This document shows positions 19,406 to 30,009 of a stretch of 64,000 nucleotides of DNA, in pieces (position 1 is the stretch's first letter; each line of letters opens with the position of its first letter). Source of the DNA: an uncultured delta proteobacterium (GTDB taxonomy: Bacteria; Desulfobacterota; Binatia; UBA9968); the NCBI GenBank assembly GCA_963728565.1, contig CAVSLC010000023.1:96001-160000 (forward strand), in the 5' to 3' direction. Below the pieces are notes generated by a model that was given only the letters and a program-made list of their open reading frames with translations, made no database searches and was not told the origin of the DNA. A program made the translations under genes and the position numbers.

Positions 19406-20509
19406 ATGTATATCGATGGCGATACTCATTATTGGCCGGTGCGCTTTATCGAACGAGTCGATCATCCCGGCCGAGGGCACGTTGAGCTCAAAAAAGGCGC
19501 CGGCGAAATGATCCGCTATGGCGAGAAATTTCCCGGCGATGCCGCGACCTACTACCGCGACGGCAAGAAGATTCATTCTTTCAGCGAAACTCGCTGGAAC
19601 CTGGAGATCCGCCACGACGTTATGGACCGCGAAGGCTTCGATTACCAGGTGGTAATTCCTGACAACCGGCCGCTCATCTACGAAGTGGAGCCGTCTCTGG
19701 GCAATGCCATGGCGCGCGCCTACAACGATACGGTTGCCGAGGATATTGGCGGCAGCGACCGATTCATCCCGATCTCCTGGGTGTATTTGCCTGACGTCGC
19801 TGAGGCTGTGCGTGAACTGAGGCGCTCTGTGACGGAACTTGGCTTCAAAGGCGTAAAATTGATGGGTGGTCATCAAAACTGCGATCTCGACGCCGAGGTG
19901 CTCTGGCCTTTCTACGAAGAGGTCTGCAAGCTGGATGTGCCGGTTTTGGTTCATCCCGGAACGCGCATCTTCGAAGCCCAGGATTGTCACCCCTGGCTGG
20001 TCGGCAGCGAACGCTACGATGGTTTTAAAATGCTCGCCACCGCGCTCGGTTTTCCGCTGACTTATATGGTGAGCGCGGCGCGACTTATCATGAGCGGTAC
20101 GCTGGATCGATTTCCAAACTTGCGGTTTGCCTTCTTCGAGGGGGGCATTGGTTGGGTGCCGTGGCTAATGAAGACGTTGAATCATCACACGTTATCCGAG
20201 TCGCCGGGGACGACATCGGTGAACGATTTCTTCAAAGGCAGAGATCGCTTGAAGAAAGAACCGAGCGCTTACTTCGAGCAGCTGTATGTCGCGGCCATTG
20301 CCTGGGAAGATTATCTGCCGAAAATCGTGGAAATTTGGCCCGACCACAACATCATCATCGGCAGCGATTTCGATCATGGCGACGCGATCTCGACCTGGCC
20401 TAACACGGTTGCGCCGATCAGAGCCATGCGCGGCTTGAGCGATAGAGACAAAGATAAGATTCTCGGCGGCAACGCCATGAAGCTGTTCGGCATGAAGGTG
20501 ACGCACTAG
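19406..20509 (+). CDS. Amidohydrolase family protein (Amidohydro_2, ACMSD/LigW-like)
   Basis: IDGDTH, ARAYND, VPVLVHP, GTLDRFPNLRFAFFEGGIGWVP, GSDFDH, KILGGNA. Confidence 0.9.
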   Translation: MYIDGDTHYWPVRFIERVDHPGRGHVELKKGAGEMIRYGEKFPGDAATYYRDGKKIHSFSETRWNLEIRHDVMDREGFDYQVVIPDNRPLIYEVEPSLGNAMARAYNDTVAEDIGGSDRFIPISWVYLPDVAEAVRELRRSVTELGFKGVKLMGGHQNCDLDAEVLWPFYEEVCKLDVPVLVHPGTRIFEAQDCHPWLVGSERYDGFKMLATALGFPLTYMVSAARLIMSGTLDRFPNLRFAFFEGGIGWVPWLMKTLNHHTLSESPGTTSVNDFFKGRDRLKKEPSAYFEQLYVAAIAWEDYLPKIVEIWPDHNIIIGSDFDHGDAISTWPNTVAPIRAMRGLSDRDKDKILGGNAMKLFGMKVTH

Positions 20510-20845
20510 CAGCTTGTCGAAAAAACTCGCACGCTCGTAGGGATCACTTGGCTTTGCAAATAAGTAATCAGCAGTACGCCGCTCTGATCAATTGCGGACC
20601 TTGCGTCTGAGCCTTTGAACAGCCTGGATTCAGAACTTTTCAGAATGTTTCGACGGCGGAGAACCGCGATCGTGGAATGTCGCGGCGCGGATCATTGGAC
20701 CATTTCTATTGATTAGGCGCATAGCGTCTGGCACCGGTCAACTTCGCGATTGCACGGTGGACTTCAAGAGAAGCGATAGTGCGCTGAGACGCGGCGCAAA
20801 TTTTTATGTTTAATCCGATCTGTTCGTATGAAATGGAGGTTTGAG

Positions 20846-21871
20846 ATGGGCAAATTTCATGTGGTTTATTTTGGCAGCAATGATGTGCCGGTGGAGCTGA
20901 TCAAGCCGATCTTGGCGGAAATCGATGCCGATATGACGATCAGGCGGCCGACCAACGATGCCGAGGTAGTCGAAATGGGCAAAGATGCCGATGGCATCAT
21001 CATGCATGGCTCGGTGCCGTTAACAAGAGAGATCATTTCACAACTCAAGCGTTGTAAAGTTGTCTGCCGCACCGGTGTCGGAGTCGATCGGATGGATCTT
21101 AAAGCAGCTTCCGATCACGGGATGATTATCTGCAATGCGGCTGGCTGCAATTCCATCGAAGTATCGGAACAGACGATCGGACTACTGATCGCTATCTCGA
21201 GAAAGCTCGTGCGCATGAATCAGTACGTGCGCGACGGTAAATGGCGGCGGCATACTGCCGAACTGCATGCCTATCGCGGCCGGGTTTATCGCATTCAGGG
21301 GCGCACGTTGGGGATCGTCGGGCTCGGCCATGTCGGTCGACAAGTGGCGCCGCGAGCCCACGGAATGAGGCTGAATGTACAAGCCGTCGATCCGTATCTG
21401 GATTCCAAAGTTGCCCAGTCCCTCGGCGTAAAGCTGGTGTCGTTTGATGAGCTGGTTGCAACATCGGACTTCATCAGCCTTCATGCGCCTCTCACGAGAC
21501 AAACCCGCAAAATGTTTAGTACGCCCCAGTTCAAAGCCATGAAAAAAACCGCCTACTTGATCAATTGCGCGCGCGGCGGTCTGGTCGACACTGAGGGTTT
21601 GTATGAAGCGCTGATGGCTGGAGAATTGGCCGGAGCGGCCCTAGACGTTACCGAACCGGAACCGTTGCCGCCGGACCACAAGATTCTTACCCTTCCAAAT
21701 GTAATCGTAACATGTCACACCGCCGCGAACTCCGATGAGTCCTACATCGATTGCCAGACACATGCGGCGCGTGAAGTTGTCAATGTTCTTAGCGGCAGAG
21801 GCCCAAGCACTGAAGTCAAAGATCCCTGGTTGTTGGCTGAAGCGCAGGATGAAGGATTCGGCGGCGTGTAA
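20846..21871 (+). CDS. D-2-hydroxyacid dehydrogenase (SerA/CtBP-like)
   Basis: RTGVGVD, GIVGLGHVG, LINCARGGLVD, AALDVTEPEP, VTCHTA; ggagg RBS before 20846. Confidence 0.92.
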   Translation: MGKFHVVYFGSNDVPVELIKPILAEIDADMTIRRPTNDAEVVEMGKDADGIIMHGSVPLTREIISQLKRCKVVCRTGVGVDRMDLKAASDHGMIICNAAGCNSIEVSEQTIGLLIAISRKLVRMNQYVRDGKWRRHTAELHAYRGRVYRIQGRTLGIVGLGHVGRQVAPRAHGMRLNVQAVDPYLDSKVAQSLGVKLVSFDELVATSDFISLHAPLTRQTRKMFSTPQFKAMKKTAYLINCARGGLVDTEGLYEALMAGELAGAALDVTEPEPLPPDHKILTLPNVIVTCHTAANSDESYIDCQTHAAREVVNVLSGRGPSTEVKDPWLLAEAQDEGFGGV

Positions 21872-22132
21872 CGTCCACCTGGTTAATCCGGCTTACTTAT
21901 ACTATGAGCTGATGCTCTCCGCGCGCCGAGTATTCGCGATGTTTTCACCGCTGCAAAATTTGATTTCAGGCGTGGCCATTCTTTGTTTGTAGCGTTCCCC
22001 CTTCAAACTTTCACTAGACGCGATGCTACACTGATCCGCATCCGGGAAATATTACAAATAAAGGATTTATGTTGAAGCTATCTTGAGTTGAGGCGCCAGA
22101 TTACATACTCTTCAGCCAGGAGGTATCGTGTT

Positions 22133-22519
22133 ATGTCAGTAAATCTCGAAGCCGCGGTTATGGAAAATATAAATGAACTCAAAGTGGCAATCTCTGAAAA
22201 GGCTCTCGAAGTAGCCGACTTGGAGAAAGAGTTGAAGCGCTATGAGTCCGTCCTGGCTCTGCTGCGTGATGATCACAATAGGAATGCGAGAAGAAAAGGT
22301 CGACCACGCGGAAAAACAGATCTCGCCGAGGTGCTAGGCGGGCTGCCCGAAACATTTACCAGCAAGGAATTTATCAAGGCGGCGACGCGCACCAAAAAAC
22401 CGTCGGTTTACCTTCGACTGGCGCTTTCCAGATGGGCAAAGGAAGGAAGAGTCAAGCGATTAGAAAGAGGTAAATACCAGAAGGTTAGAAACGGTAGCTC
22501 GCATCGGCTTGCGGCCTGA
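22133..22519 (+). CDS. Hypothetical small basic protein: coiled-coil, GRPR motif and wHTH-like C-terminus
   Basis: aggagg RBS; heptad-like N-terminus; RRKGRPRGK; LSRWAKEGRVKRLERGKYQ resembles a winged-helix wing. Confidence 0.6.
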   Translation: MSVNLEAAVMENINELKVAISEKALEVADLEKELKRYESVLALLRDDHNRNARRKGRPRGKTDLAEVLGGLPETFTSKEFIKAATRTKKPSVYLRLALSRWAKEGRVKRLERGKYQKVRNGSSHRLAA

Positions 22520-22557
22520 TCGCATCAAATCGTTGTTCAGTTTTTCCGTAATGTAGT

Positions 22558-22583
22558 AAAGGCTCCGGTCGATGACCGGAGCC
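22558..22583. terminator. Hairpin terminator between convergent genes
   Basis: Perfect 10-bp stem GGCTCCGGTC-gat-GACCGGAGCC with an A tract on its left (short U tract on the minus strand). Confidence 0.65.
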
Positions 22584-22758
22584 TCACCACCTCCGAACTG
22601 CAACAATCAAAATAGTAGCGGGAAGGGATTCCCGTTCATCTAGGGGTGTGAGGTGCAGCTTGTGCAATGGCTGCCGTTTGGCGGCGAACCCAGGCAGCTG
22701 TGATGGATAACTCGCAACCCAGCTGGTTATGACCACGTCACGTCAGTCTATTGTTCTT

Positions 22759-23571
22759 TTACCTCCCGGCCCGAGTGGCGGTCCATTTGCCGCCGGATTT
22801 GAGCGATCCGTTCATCGAGTTGCCGTTAACCCGCCCGTTGTATTGTCCCTCGCCGGCAGTGAAGGTAATCTCCTCGCCGTTTAGTTTGCCGTTGACCGGT
22901 GTGACGACGTTGCCGGATTTCAGAGTGCCGCTGATCATCTGAAAGGTTTGTTTAAGCGTCATCTCGCCATTAGGCAGCTTCCAGGTTCCGTTTATTTTCG
23001 CCGGCACGATCCACAGGTAGGCTGTGCACCAGTTGCTGCATCCTTCCGCGTTGGCGGTTTCGTCAGGCTTCCATTCTTCCATATCAAAAGAATTCGATAC
23101 AATGCGCGTGCCGGGTTTTAAGTCGAGGATCTTGGGACGAAGTTTGAGGTTGATACTGGGCAGGAGGAACATGGTGATCACCTGAGCTTGCGAGAAATCG
23201 CTTTCGAACAAGTCCGCCTTAGCAAAGGTGGCTCGGTCGCTGACGCCTTCTTTGGCGGCATTGCGCTTGGCGAGCTCGACCATGTCCGGATTGTATTCGA
23301 TGCCGTGAGCCTTGGCGCCGCGTTTAGCTGCCGTAATTACAGTGCGGCCATCGCCCGAACCCAGATCGATGACATAATCTTTGGCGGTGACTTTTGCCAT
23401 ATCGAGCATCTTGTCGACCAGAGCCTGAGGCGTCGGCACCCAGACCACGTCCTTGCCTTCTTGGCCGACCTGCGGTTCGTATTGCTTTGCCGGCTGGGCA
23501 AATCCGATTGCGGTAATCAGAGAAAGGCCAAGCGCCAATGATAAACTGCTGGATAAACGCGATACAATCAT
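22759..23571 (-). CDS. Class I SAM-dependent methyltransferase with signal peptide (tandem copy 2)
   Basis: DVVWVPTP, VIDLGSGDGR, GIEY, LKPGTRIVS; signal peptide ending AIGFA. Confidence 0.88.
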   Translation of the reverse strand: MIVSRLSSSLSLALGLSLITAIGFAQPAKQYEPQVGQEGKDVVWVPTPQALVDKMLDMAKVTAKDYVIDLGSGDGRTVITAAKRGAKAHGIEYNPDMVELAKRNAAKEGVSDRATFAKADLFESDFSQAQVITMFLLPSINLKLRPKILDLKPGTRIVSNSFDMEEWKPDETANAEGCSNWCTAYLWIVPAKINGTWKLPNGEMTLKQTFQMISGTLKSGNVVTPVNGKLNGEEITFTAGEGQYNGRVNGNSMNGSLKSGGKWTATRAGR

Positions 23572-23901
23572 CTAATCCTCCCAGATCGGTGATACTGGCA
23601 GTATCGACCGGAGAATAGAGCAGACAAAACGATCGATTCATACCTTAGCGATGCGCAATTGTCTAGAAAGGAAGAGCAGGATAACTTGGCGCTCCTAGGC
23701 GGCGCGAAGAAGTTGGATGGGTTGTTTGTGTCATTCGTCCAAGCAGCGAGAGAAACTAAGGCCCAAGTCAAAAGACTTGGGCCGCGTTTTTGTGAGCTGT
23801 TGAGATGCCGGCGCGCGGGTACCAACCTGGAGCGATAAGCAGAATGCCGCGCTTGAAGTCGGCGGCAGCAAATTGATCTACTCCAGGGTTCTGGTCACGC
23901 T

Positions 23902-24714
23902 TTACCGCTTCGTGGCGCTCCATTTGCCGCCGGATTTGAGCGATCCGTTCATCGAGTTGCCGTTAACCCGCCCGTTGTATTGTCCCTCGCCGGCAGTGAA
24001 GGTAATCTCCTCGCCGTTTAGTTTGCCGTTGACCGGTGTGATGACGTTGCCGGATTTTAGAGTGCCGCTGATCATCTGAAAGGTTTGTTTAAGCGTCAGC
24101 TCGCCATTAGGCAGCTTCCACGTCCCGTCTACCTTCGCCGGCACGATCCACAGGTAGGCTGTGCAATAACCATTGCAATTATCGGCCCTGCCCGTTTCAT
24201 CCGCCTTCCATTCTCCCATATCGAAAGTATTCGAAACGATGCGCGTTCCCGGTTTGAGATCGAGAATCTTAGGGCGGAGCTTCATATTGATGCTCGACAG
24301 GAGAAACATCGTGATTACCTGAGCCTGTGAGAAATCGCTTTCGAACAAGTCCGCCTTAGCAAAGGTGGCTCGGTCGCTGACGCCTTCTTTGGCGGCATTG
24401 CGCTTGGCGAGCTCGACCATGTCCGGATTGTATTCGATGCCGTGAGCCTTGGCGCCGCGTTTAGCTGCCGTAATTACAGTGCGGCCATCGCCCGAACCCA
24501 GATCGATGACATAATCTTTGGCGGTGACTTTTGCCATATCGAGCATCTTGTCGACCAGAGCCTGAGGCGTCGGCACCCAGACCACATCCTTTCCTTCTTG
24601 GCCGACCTCGGGCTCATAGCTTTTCGCCGGCTGCGCTTGTGCCGCCCCGGAAGCGCCGACCAGGGCGACGCACATAGACAAGATTAATACTCGCGCGAAA
24701 TACGCTGCGTTCAT
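23902..24714 (-). CDS. Class I SAM-dependent methyltransferase with signal peptide (tandem copy 1)
   Basis: Same motifs as 22759-23571; ggagg RBS; signal peptide ending AAQA. Confidence 0.88.
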   Translation of the reverse strand: MNAAYFARVLILSMCVALVGASGAAQAQPAKSYEPEVGQEGKDVVWVPTPQALVDKMLDMAKVTAKDYVIDLGSGDGRTVITAAKRGAKAHGIEYNPDMVELAKRNAAKEGVSDRATFAKADLFESDFSQAQVITMFLLSSINMKLRPKILDLKPGTRIVSNTFDMGEWKADETGRADNCNGYCTAYLWIVPAKVDGTWKLPNGELTLKQTFQMISGTLKSGNVITPVNGKLNGEEITFTAGEGQYNGRVNGNSMNGSLKSGGKWSATKR

Positions 24715-25349
24715 AAGTCCTCCATTTACATTATTGCCTGAGCATAGCAGGTTCGAACATGGGAGTGGAGTGCCGATAACAGTCCAATTTGTATTCTGCT
24801 AACTATGTCAATGTCTTGACGCCGCAACAATTCCGATCGCATGATGTCGTTATTCCGCACAATCCACGACCGATCCAGGAGCCTTGAGCCGCCGCACAAT
24901 AGCTATTTTGATTCTCTGATGGTTCGAAGGTTGCGACCCCGAGGGCATGAATACCAACGCGAAAGAAAAATTCACAACACACGTTCGAAGCTGTCGGCTG
25001 TCGTTTGAACCGACTACCTTTGCGCGGCAGCCCGGGGCCGGCGAGGACCTGGGACCGCCAGATGCAAAAAACCGATGATATTATGGAACAGAAGAAAAGT
25101 ATCGAGATTGGAGCCAAGTATATCTAGAAGAGGGCGGGTGATCCTTGCGGCGCCGTGCGCGATGTGCGGCTGGTAAATCGTTATTGAGATAGGTTTTGAA
25201 AGATTTCCCGCCGCGGCAGCCGGCACTGGGTATAGCTCGGGTTTTCTCCGCACCCCTCCATTGCAACCTTCCTGTTGCTTTATCCTGTCGGGCTAGCTAC
25301 AAAATAGGACGACTCACCGAGGTTCCGTTAGAGATACAAGGAGCAGTCA

Positions 25350-28043
25350 ATGGCACAGAAGTATGTGGACAGCTTCGGCACGCGCAAGGTGCTGAGAGTG
25401 GGCGATCGAGGCTATGATATTTTCCGGCTCGATCTGCTAGAGAACGCGGGCTTTCAGAACATTTCTCGATTGCCTGTTTCTCTCAAGGTTTTATTGGAAA
25501 ACCTGTTAAGGCAGGAAGACAACCATCACGTTACCAAGGGCGACATTGAAGCGCTTGCAAATTGGAACCCGAAGGTTAAGTCGGAAAAAGAGATTGCGTT
25601 TATGCCGGCGCGGGTGCTGATGCAGGATCTAACTGGAGTTCCCGCCGTGGTCGATCTCGCGGCGATGCGCGAGGCGATGAAGCGTTTAGGCGGCGATCCG
25701 ACGAAAATCAATCCGCTAGCTCCTGTCGATCTGGTGATTGATCATTCCGTCCAAGTCGATTTTTTCGGCAGCGCGGATGCGTTGCACAAGAATTCGGAAA
25801 TAGAGTTCAAGCGAAATGTCGAACGTTATGCATTCTTAAGATGGGGCCAAACGGCTTTTGACAATTTCCGCCTGATCCCGCCCGATACCGGAATTTGCCA
25901 TCAGGTGAACCTCGAATATCTGGCGCCGGTGGTTTTCCGCGCGCAAAAAGACGGCGCGCACTTCGCGTATCCTGATACCGTTGTCGGCACCGACTCACAC
26001 ACCACCATGATCAATGGTTTGGGTGTCGTCGGCTGGGGAGTAGGTGGCATCGAAGCGGAAGCGGCGCTGCTTGGCCAGCCGATCATCATGCTCATCCCCG
26101 AAGTGATCGGTTTTAAGCTGCACGGCAAACTTCCGGAGGGAGCAACCGCAACGGATCTGGTTTTGACGGTTGTGCAGATGCTCAGGAAAAAGGGAGTGGT
26201 TGAGAAGTTCGTCGAGTTTTACGGCGCAGGTTTGTCTAGTCTGAGCTTGGCCGATCGCGCGACCATCGGCAACATGGGGCCTGAATACGGCGCGACCATT
26301 GGGTACTTCCCAATTGACGACGAGACCTTGCGCTACTTGGAACTAACCGGCCGGGACCGACACCTCATCAACCTGGTTGAAAGCTATGCCAAAGAGCAAG
26401 GCATGTTCCGCACCGATTCTTCGGCCGATCCTATGTTCACCGATTCACTCGAGCTTGATCTGGCAACGGTGGTGCCGAGCTTGTCGGGTCCGCGCCGGCC
26501 GCAAGATCGGATACCGCTGACCGAAAGCAAGAAATCATTCAAAGAAGTGTTGCCCTCTCTGATGAAGGGTGGGGATGTCAACAAGACGGTCACCGTGCAG
26601 AATAATGGCGACAAGTTCGCGCTCACGCATGGCTCGGTTGTCATCTCGGCGATCACGAGTTGCACGAACACATCAAATCCGTCGGTCATGATCGGCGCCG
26701 GATTGCTGGCCAAAAAGGCCGCAGAGAAGGGCCTGGCGAGTAAACCCTGGGTGAAAACCAGTCTGGCACCTGGGTCGAAGGTGGTGACCGAGTATCTAAA
26801 GGATAGCGGCCTTCTGCCGTACTTGGAAGCTATCGGATTTCATCTGGTTGGCTATGGCTGCACCACCTGCATCGGCAATAGCGGACCACTGCCTGAACCA
26901 GTGGTTAACGCGATTCAGGACGGGGACTTGGTTGCCGCTGCGGTGTTATCCGGCAACCGAAACTTCGAAGGCCGTATTCATCCTAATGTCCGCGCCAATT
27001 ATCTCGCCTCACCGCCTCTGGTAGTTGCCTATGCGTTGGCCGGTAGTATGGATACCGATCTCTATAGCGAACCGCTGGGAAATGATTTGGAGGGTAAGCC
27101 GGTTTATTTGCGAGACATTTGGCCGACGCCCCAAGAAGTTCAAGAGACTATGCGTAAATCGGTGCGGTCGGAGATGTTTAAAAAGGAATATAGTCAGGCC
27201 ACCGAAGGCGATGAGCAGTGGAAGAACATGCCGGTGCCGCAGGGCGAGCTCTTCCAATGGGATCCCCAGTCGACATACGTGCGTGAAGCGCCCTACTTCG
27301 CCGGGATGTCGAGAACCCCGGCCGAGCTCAAGGAGATCAAAGGAGCGCGTGTCTTAGCGCTGCTCGGTGATTCGGTTACCACCGATCATATTTCGCCGGC
27401 GGGTTCCATCGAGAGAAACGGCCCGGCGGCGCGCTACCTCACCAACAATGATGTTTTGCCCAAAGACTTTAACCAGTATGGCGCTCGTCGCGGTAATCAT
27501 GAAGTCATGATGCGCGGAACATTTGCAAATATCCGTTTGAAAAATATGCTGGCGCCGGACACTGAAGGCGGCGTGACGGTTCATTTGCCGGACAAGAAGC
27601 CAATGTCAATCTACGACGCCGCGATGCAGTATCAAAAGGAAGGTATCCCGCTCATAGTTGTCGCTGGAAAGGAGTACGGCTCCGGTTCCTCGCGTGACTG
27701 GGCCGCCAAAGGCCCGCGCTTGTTAGGTGTGAAAGCAGTTATCGCCGAGAGTTATGAACGTATTCACCGTAGTAACTTGATTGGCATGGGAATCGTGCCG
27801 CTGCAGTTCAAGTCTGGTGAAAACCTGAAGTATCATAATCTTACCGGCTTTGAGACTTTCGAAATCGTCGGCATCTCGGCCGGCCTCAAGTTGAGACAAA
27901 CTCTTACCGTGAGAGCGACGAGGGATGACGGCGAGGTTCAAGAGTTCACGGTTATTTGCCGCATCGATACCCCGGCCGAGCTTGAATACTACCGTCACGG
28001 CGGAATCTTGGAGTTCGTGCTCAGGCAACTCCTACAGAGCTGA
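25350..28043 (+). CDS. acnA: Aconitate hydratase A
   Basis: 897 aa; [51 protein letters not shown]. Confidence 0.98.
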   Translation: MAQKYVDSFGTRKVLRVGDRGYDIFRLDLLENAGFQNISRLPVSLKVLLENLLRQEDNHHVTKGDIEALANWNPKVKSEKEIAFMPARVLMQDLTGVPAVVDLAAMREAMKRLGGDPTKINPLAPVDLVIDHSVQVDFFGSADALHKNSEIEFKRNVERYAFLRWGQTAFDNFRLIPPDTGICHQVNLEYLAPVVFRAQKDGAHFAYPDTVVGTDSHTTMINGLGVVGWGVGGIEAEAALLGQPIIMLIPEVIGFKLHGKLPEGATATDLVLTVVQMLRKKGVVEKFVEFYGAGLSSLSLADRATIGNMGPEYGATIGYFPIDDETLRYLELTGRDRHLINLVESYAKEQGMFRTDSSADPMFTDSLELDLATVVPSLSGPRRPQDRIPLTESKKSFKEVLPSLMKGGDVNKTVTVQNNGDKFALTHGSVVISAITSCTNTSNPSVMIGAGLLAKKAAEKGLASKPWVKTSLAPGSKVVTEYLKDSGLLPYLEAIGFHLVGYGCTTCIGNSGPLPEPVVNAIQDGDLVAAAVLSGNRNFEGRIHPNVRANYLASPPLVVAYALAGSMDTDLYSEPLGNDLEGKPVYLRDIWPTPQEVQETMRKSVRSEMFKKEYSQATEGDEQWKNMPVPQGELFQWDPQSTYVREAPYFAGMSRTPAELKEIKGARVLALLGDSVTTDHISPAGSIERNGPAARYLTNNDVLPKDFNQYGARRGNHEVMMRGTFANIRLKNMLAPDTEGGVTVHLPDKKPMSIYDAAMQYQKEGIPLIVVAGKEYGSGSSRDWAAKGPRLLGVKAVIAESYERIHRSNLIGMGIVPLQFKSGENLKYHNLTGFETFEIVGISAGLKLRQTLTVRATRDDGEVQEFTVICRIDTPAELEYYRHGGILEFVLRQLLQS

Positions 28044-28110
28044 CCGCTGAAAGAAGATTCGAACACTCCAGGAAGATTGAGCTTGGGCCAGCCCCTGGCA
28101 TTCCCGACCA

Positions 28111-29028
28111 ATGCCGATGAATCGGAGACAAGCGCTTGGGTTAATCGGACCGGGTCTGGCGCTTCTCTTCGGCTCTGCGCGACTACTCCGTGGAAATACT
28201 TACGCCGTTGAAAGGCCGATAATGAATCAACCAGCTCACATCGCAAATTTTACCGCGGCTAATCCAGGCATGATGACGTTGCAGGGGACCAACCAATATA
28301 TCGTCGGCAAGGACAGCGCGGTTGTCATCGATGTGGCGCTGAGCTCAGACGGAAACATGGATGGCATCATCGAACAGGCCGAAGCCATGGGTGTCAAAAA
28401 AATCGAAAAGATCCTTCTGACGCATATCCATATCGATCACTGTGGTGGGGCATTGGCTCTTAAGAAGCGCACCGCCGCAAAGCTCGGCATTCACCGTTCG
28501 CGCGCAGGCTATCTGGGCGGGGAGGACTTTCGGTACGATGACCAAGATCGGATTCCGTTTGGTGGCGGCGAGCTCCAAGTGCTGCACACTCCAGGTCATG
28601 AATCGGGCCACTGCTGTTTCTATGAATCAGGCGAGAAGGTGCTGTTTAGCGGTGACAACATTTTGGGATACGGAACGGCCGTGATTCATCCGCCTGATGG
28701 TAACATGACCGATTACTTGCAATCGTTGGAGCGGCTGTTGGAGTTCAATATCGATTTGATTCTGCCCGGACACGGGCCTTTGGTTGGCAAACCGGAGGCA
28801 AAGATCAGGGAATACTTGCGGCATCGGATGATGCGCGAGAAGCAGGTGGTCGATGCCTTGCGCAAGGGACTTAATACCATCGGGGATATCACCCAATCCA
28901 TCTATGTGGATGTGTCCGCCGGCCTGCAAAGGGTGGCGGAGTTTTCAGTTCAGGCGCATCTGGAGAAGCTAATCCGCGACGAACGGGTAAAAAGACAAGA
29001 TGGCCGCTATTATCTGCTCGGCCATTGA
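28111..29028 (+). CDS. MBL-fold metallo-hydrolase (LACTB2-like) with C-terminal winged helix
   Basis: NPGMMTLQGTN, THIHIDHCGG, HTPGH, FSGD, LPGHG, AHLEKL. Start is 28111/28117 (Tat-like) or 28222. Confidence 0.88.
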   Translation: MPMNRRQALGLIGPGLALLFGSARLLRGNTYAVERPIMNQPAHIANFTAANPGMMTLQGTNQYIVGKDSAVVIDVALSSDGNMDGIIEQAEAMGVKKIEKILLTHIHIDHCGGALALKKRTAAKLGIHRSRAGYLGGEDFRYDDQDRIPFGGGELQVLHTPGHESGHCCFYESGEKVLFSGDNILGYGTAVIHPPDGNMTDYLQSLERLLEFNIDLILPGHGPLVGKPEAKIREYLRHRMMREKQVVDALRKGLNTIGDITQSIYVDVSAGLQRVAEFSVQAHLEKLIRDERVKRQDGRYYLLGH

Positions 29029-29248
29029 TCCATTCTGCCGAATCAATGGCATCGATTCGGGACCGCGATTTGTCAACAACCCGATCTGCCCGTCCTCGGG
29101 ACGTCTAACGTAAAACCTGACAGTGAAACTTTGGCCTGAGCAGAAAATCGCTTGCTGCCGACTGCGTCGCCGCCTCTGAAGAACCGGCAACAATTAACAA
29201 AGAGCCTGAAAACCGTGCGTGGGTATAAGGCGTTGCGACCGCACTGAT

Positions 29249-29914
29249 CTACCACTTCTCTAAAATAACAACCGGATAGCCCTCCTGTGTCACCCGTCGC
29301 GCTTGTTCTTCGGCTCTGGACCGAGTAGAAAATTGTCCGAGTTGGACACGATAAAACGTGCTCGCGCCGGTGTTCAACGGGACAATGGCGACCTCGGAAA
29401 ACTTCGAGGCGACCCGGTCGCGCAGCTGGCGAGCATTCTCGAGTACTGAAAACGAGCCTAGCTGAAGCGTGTAGTCGAGTGAATCTTTAATCAAGGATAT
29501 TTTGTCAGCGCGGTCACCGACAACTTCGATCCGCACCGGAATGGTTCCGGGACCAATCACGCCGAGTGCTTCCGCCGCCGCATAGGATAAATCTATAATT
29601 CTTCCCTTCGCGAAGGGGCCACGATCGTTGATCAGAACTTCTATGGCTCTGCCATTATCTAAGTTGGTTACCAGCACTCGAGTGCCGAGCGGCAATGTTT
29701 GATGCGCCGCCGTGAGATCGTGTTGATTATAGATGACGCCGCTGGCAGTAGTCTTGCCGTGAAAACCGGGCCCATACCATGAAGCGATGCCGGTTTGACT
29801 GACGCGCGGCGCGGTTACAGGAGGAGGGACTCTCGAGGCCGGCAAGGAACATGCTGCCAGGTAGATGACCGTTATCGAGAGGAAAACGAGCTGCAAATTG
29901 GAAATCGGCTTCAA
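29249..29914 (-). CDS. rlpA: Septal ring lytic transglycosylase RlpA family lipoprotein with SPOR domain
   Basis: Lipobox LAAC; GIASWYGPGFHG, TAAHQTLPLG, INDRGPF, RIIDLS; C-terminal LQLGSF...YRVQLG. Confidence 0.93.
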   Translation of the reverse strand: MKPISNLQLVFLSITVIYLAACSLPASRVPPPVTAPRVSQTGIASWYGPGFHGKTTASGVIYNQHDLTAAHQTLPLGTRVLVTNLDNGRAIEVLINDRGPFAKGRIIDLSYAAAEALGVIGPGTIPVRIEVVGDRADKISLIKDSLDYTLQLGSFSVLENARQLRDRVASKFSEVAIVPLNTGASTFYRVQLGQFSTRSRAEEQARRVTQEGYPVVILEKW

Positions 29915-30009
29915 GATCCCCTCCAGGCAAAATCGTCAGGATCGATGTTTATCGAATCCCTGGCGCCACCAAAGCACATCGAAACGGAGTCCCGTTCGAC
30001 ATGCCCAAA

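Noticed and set aside
24715-25349. 635-bp gap before acnA with short ORFs and possible pairing (CCTTGAGCC/GGTTCGAAGG), considered as 6S, SRP or a riboswitch
   Set aside because: No diagnostic motif could be confirmed by eye; needs an Rfam covariance search.
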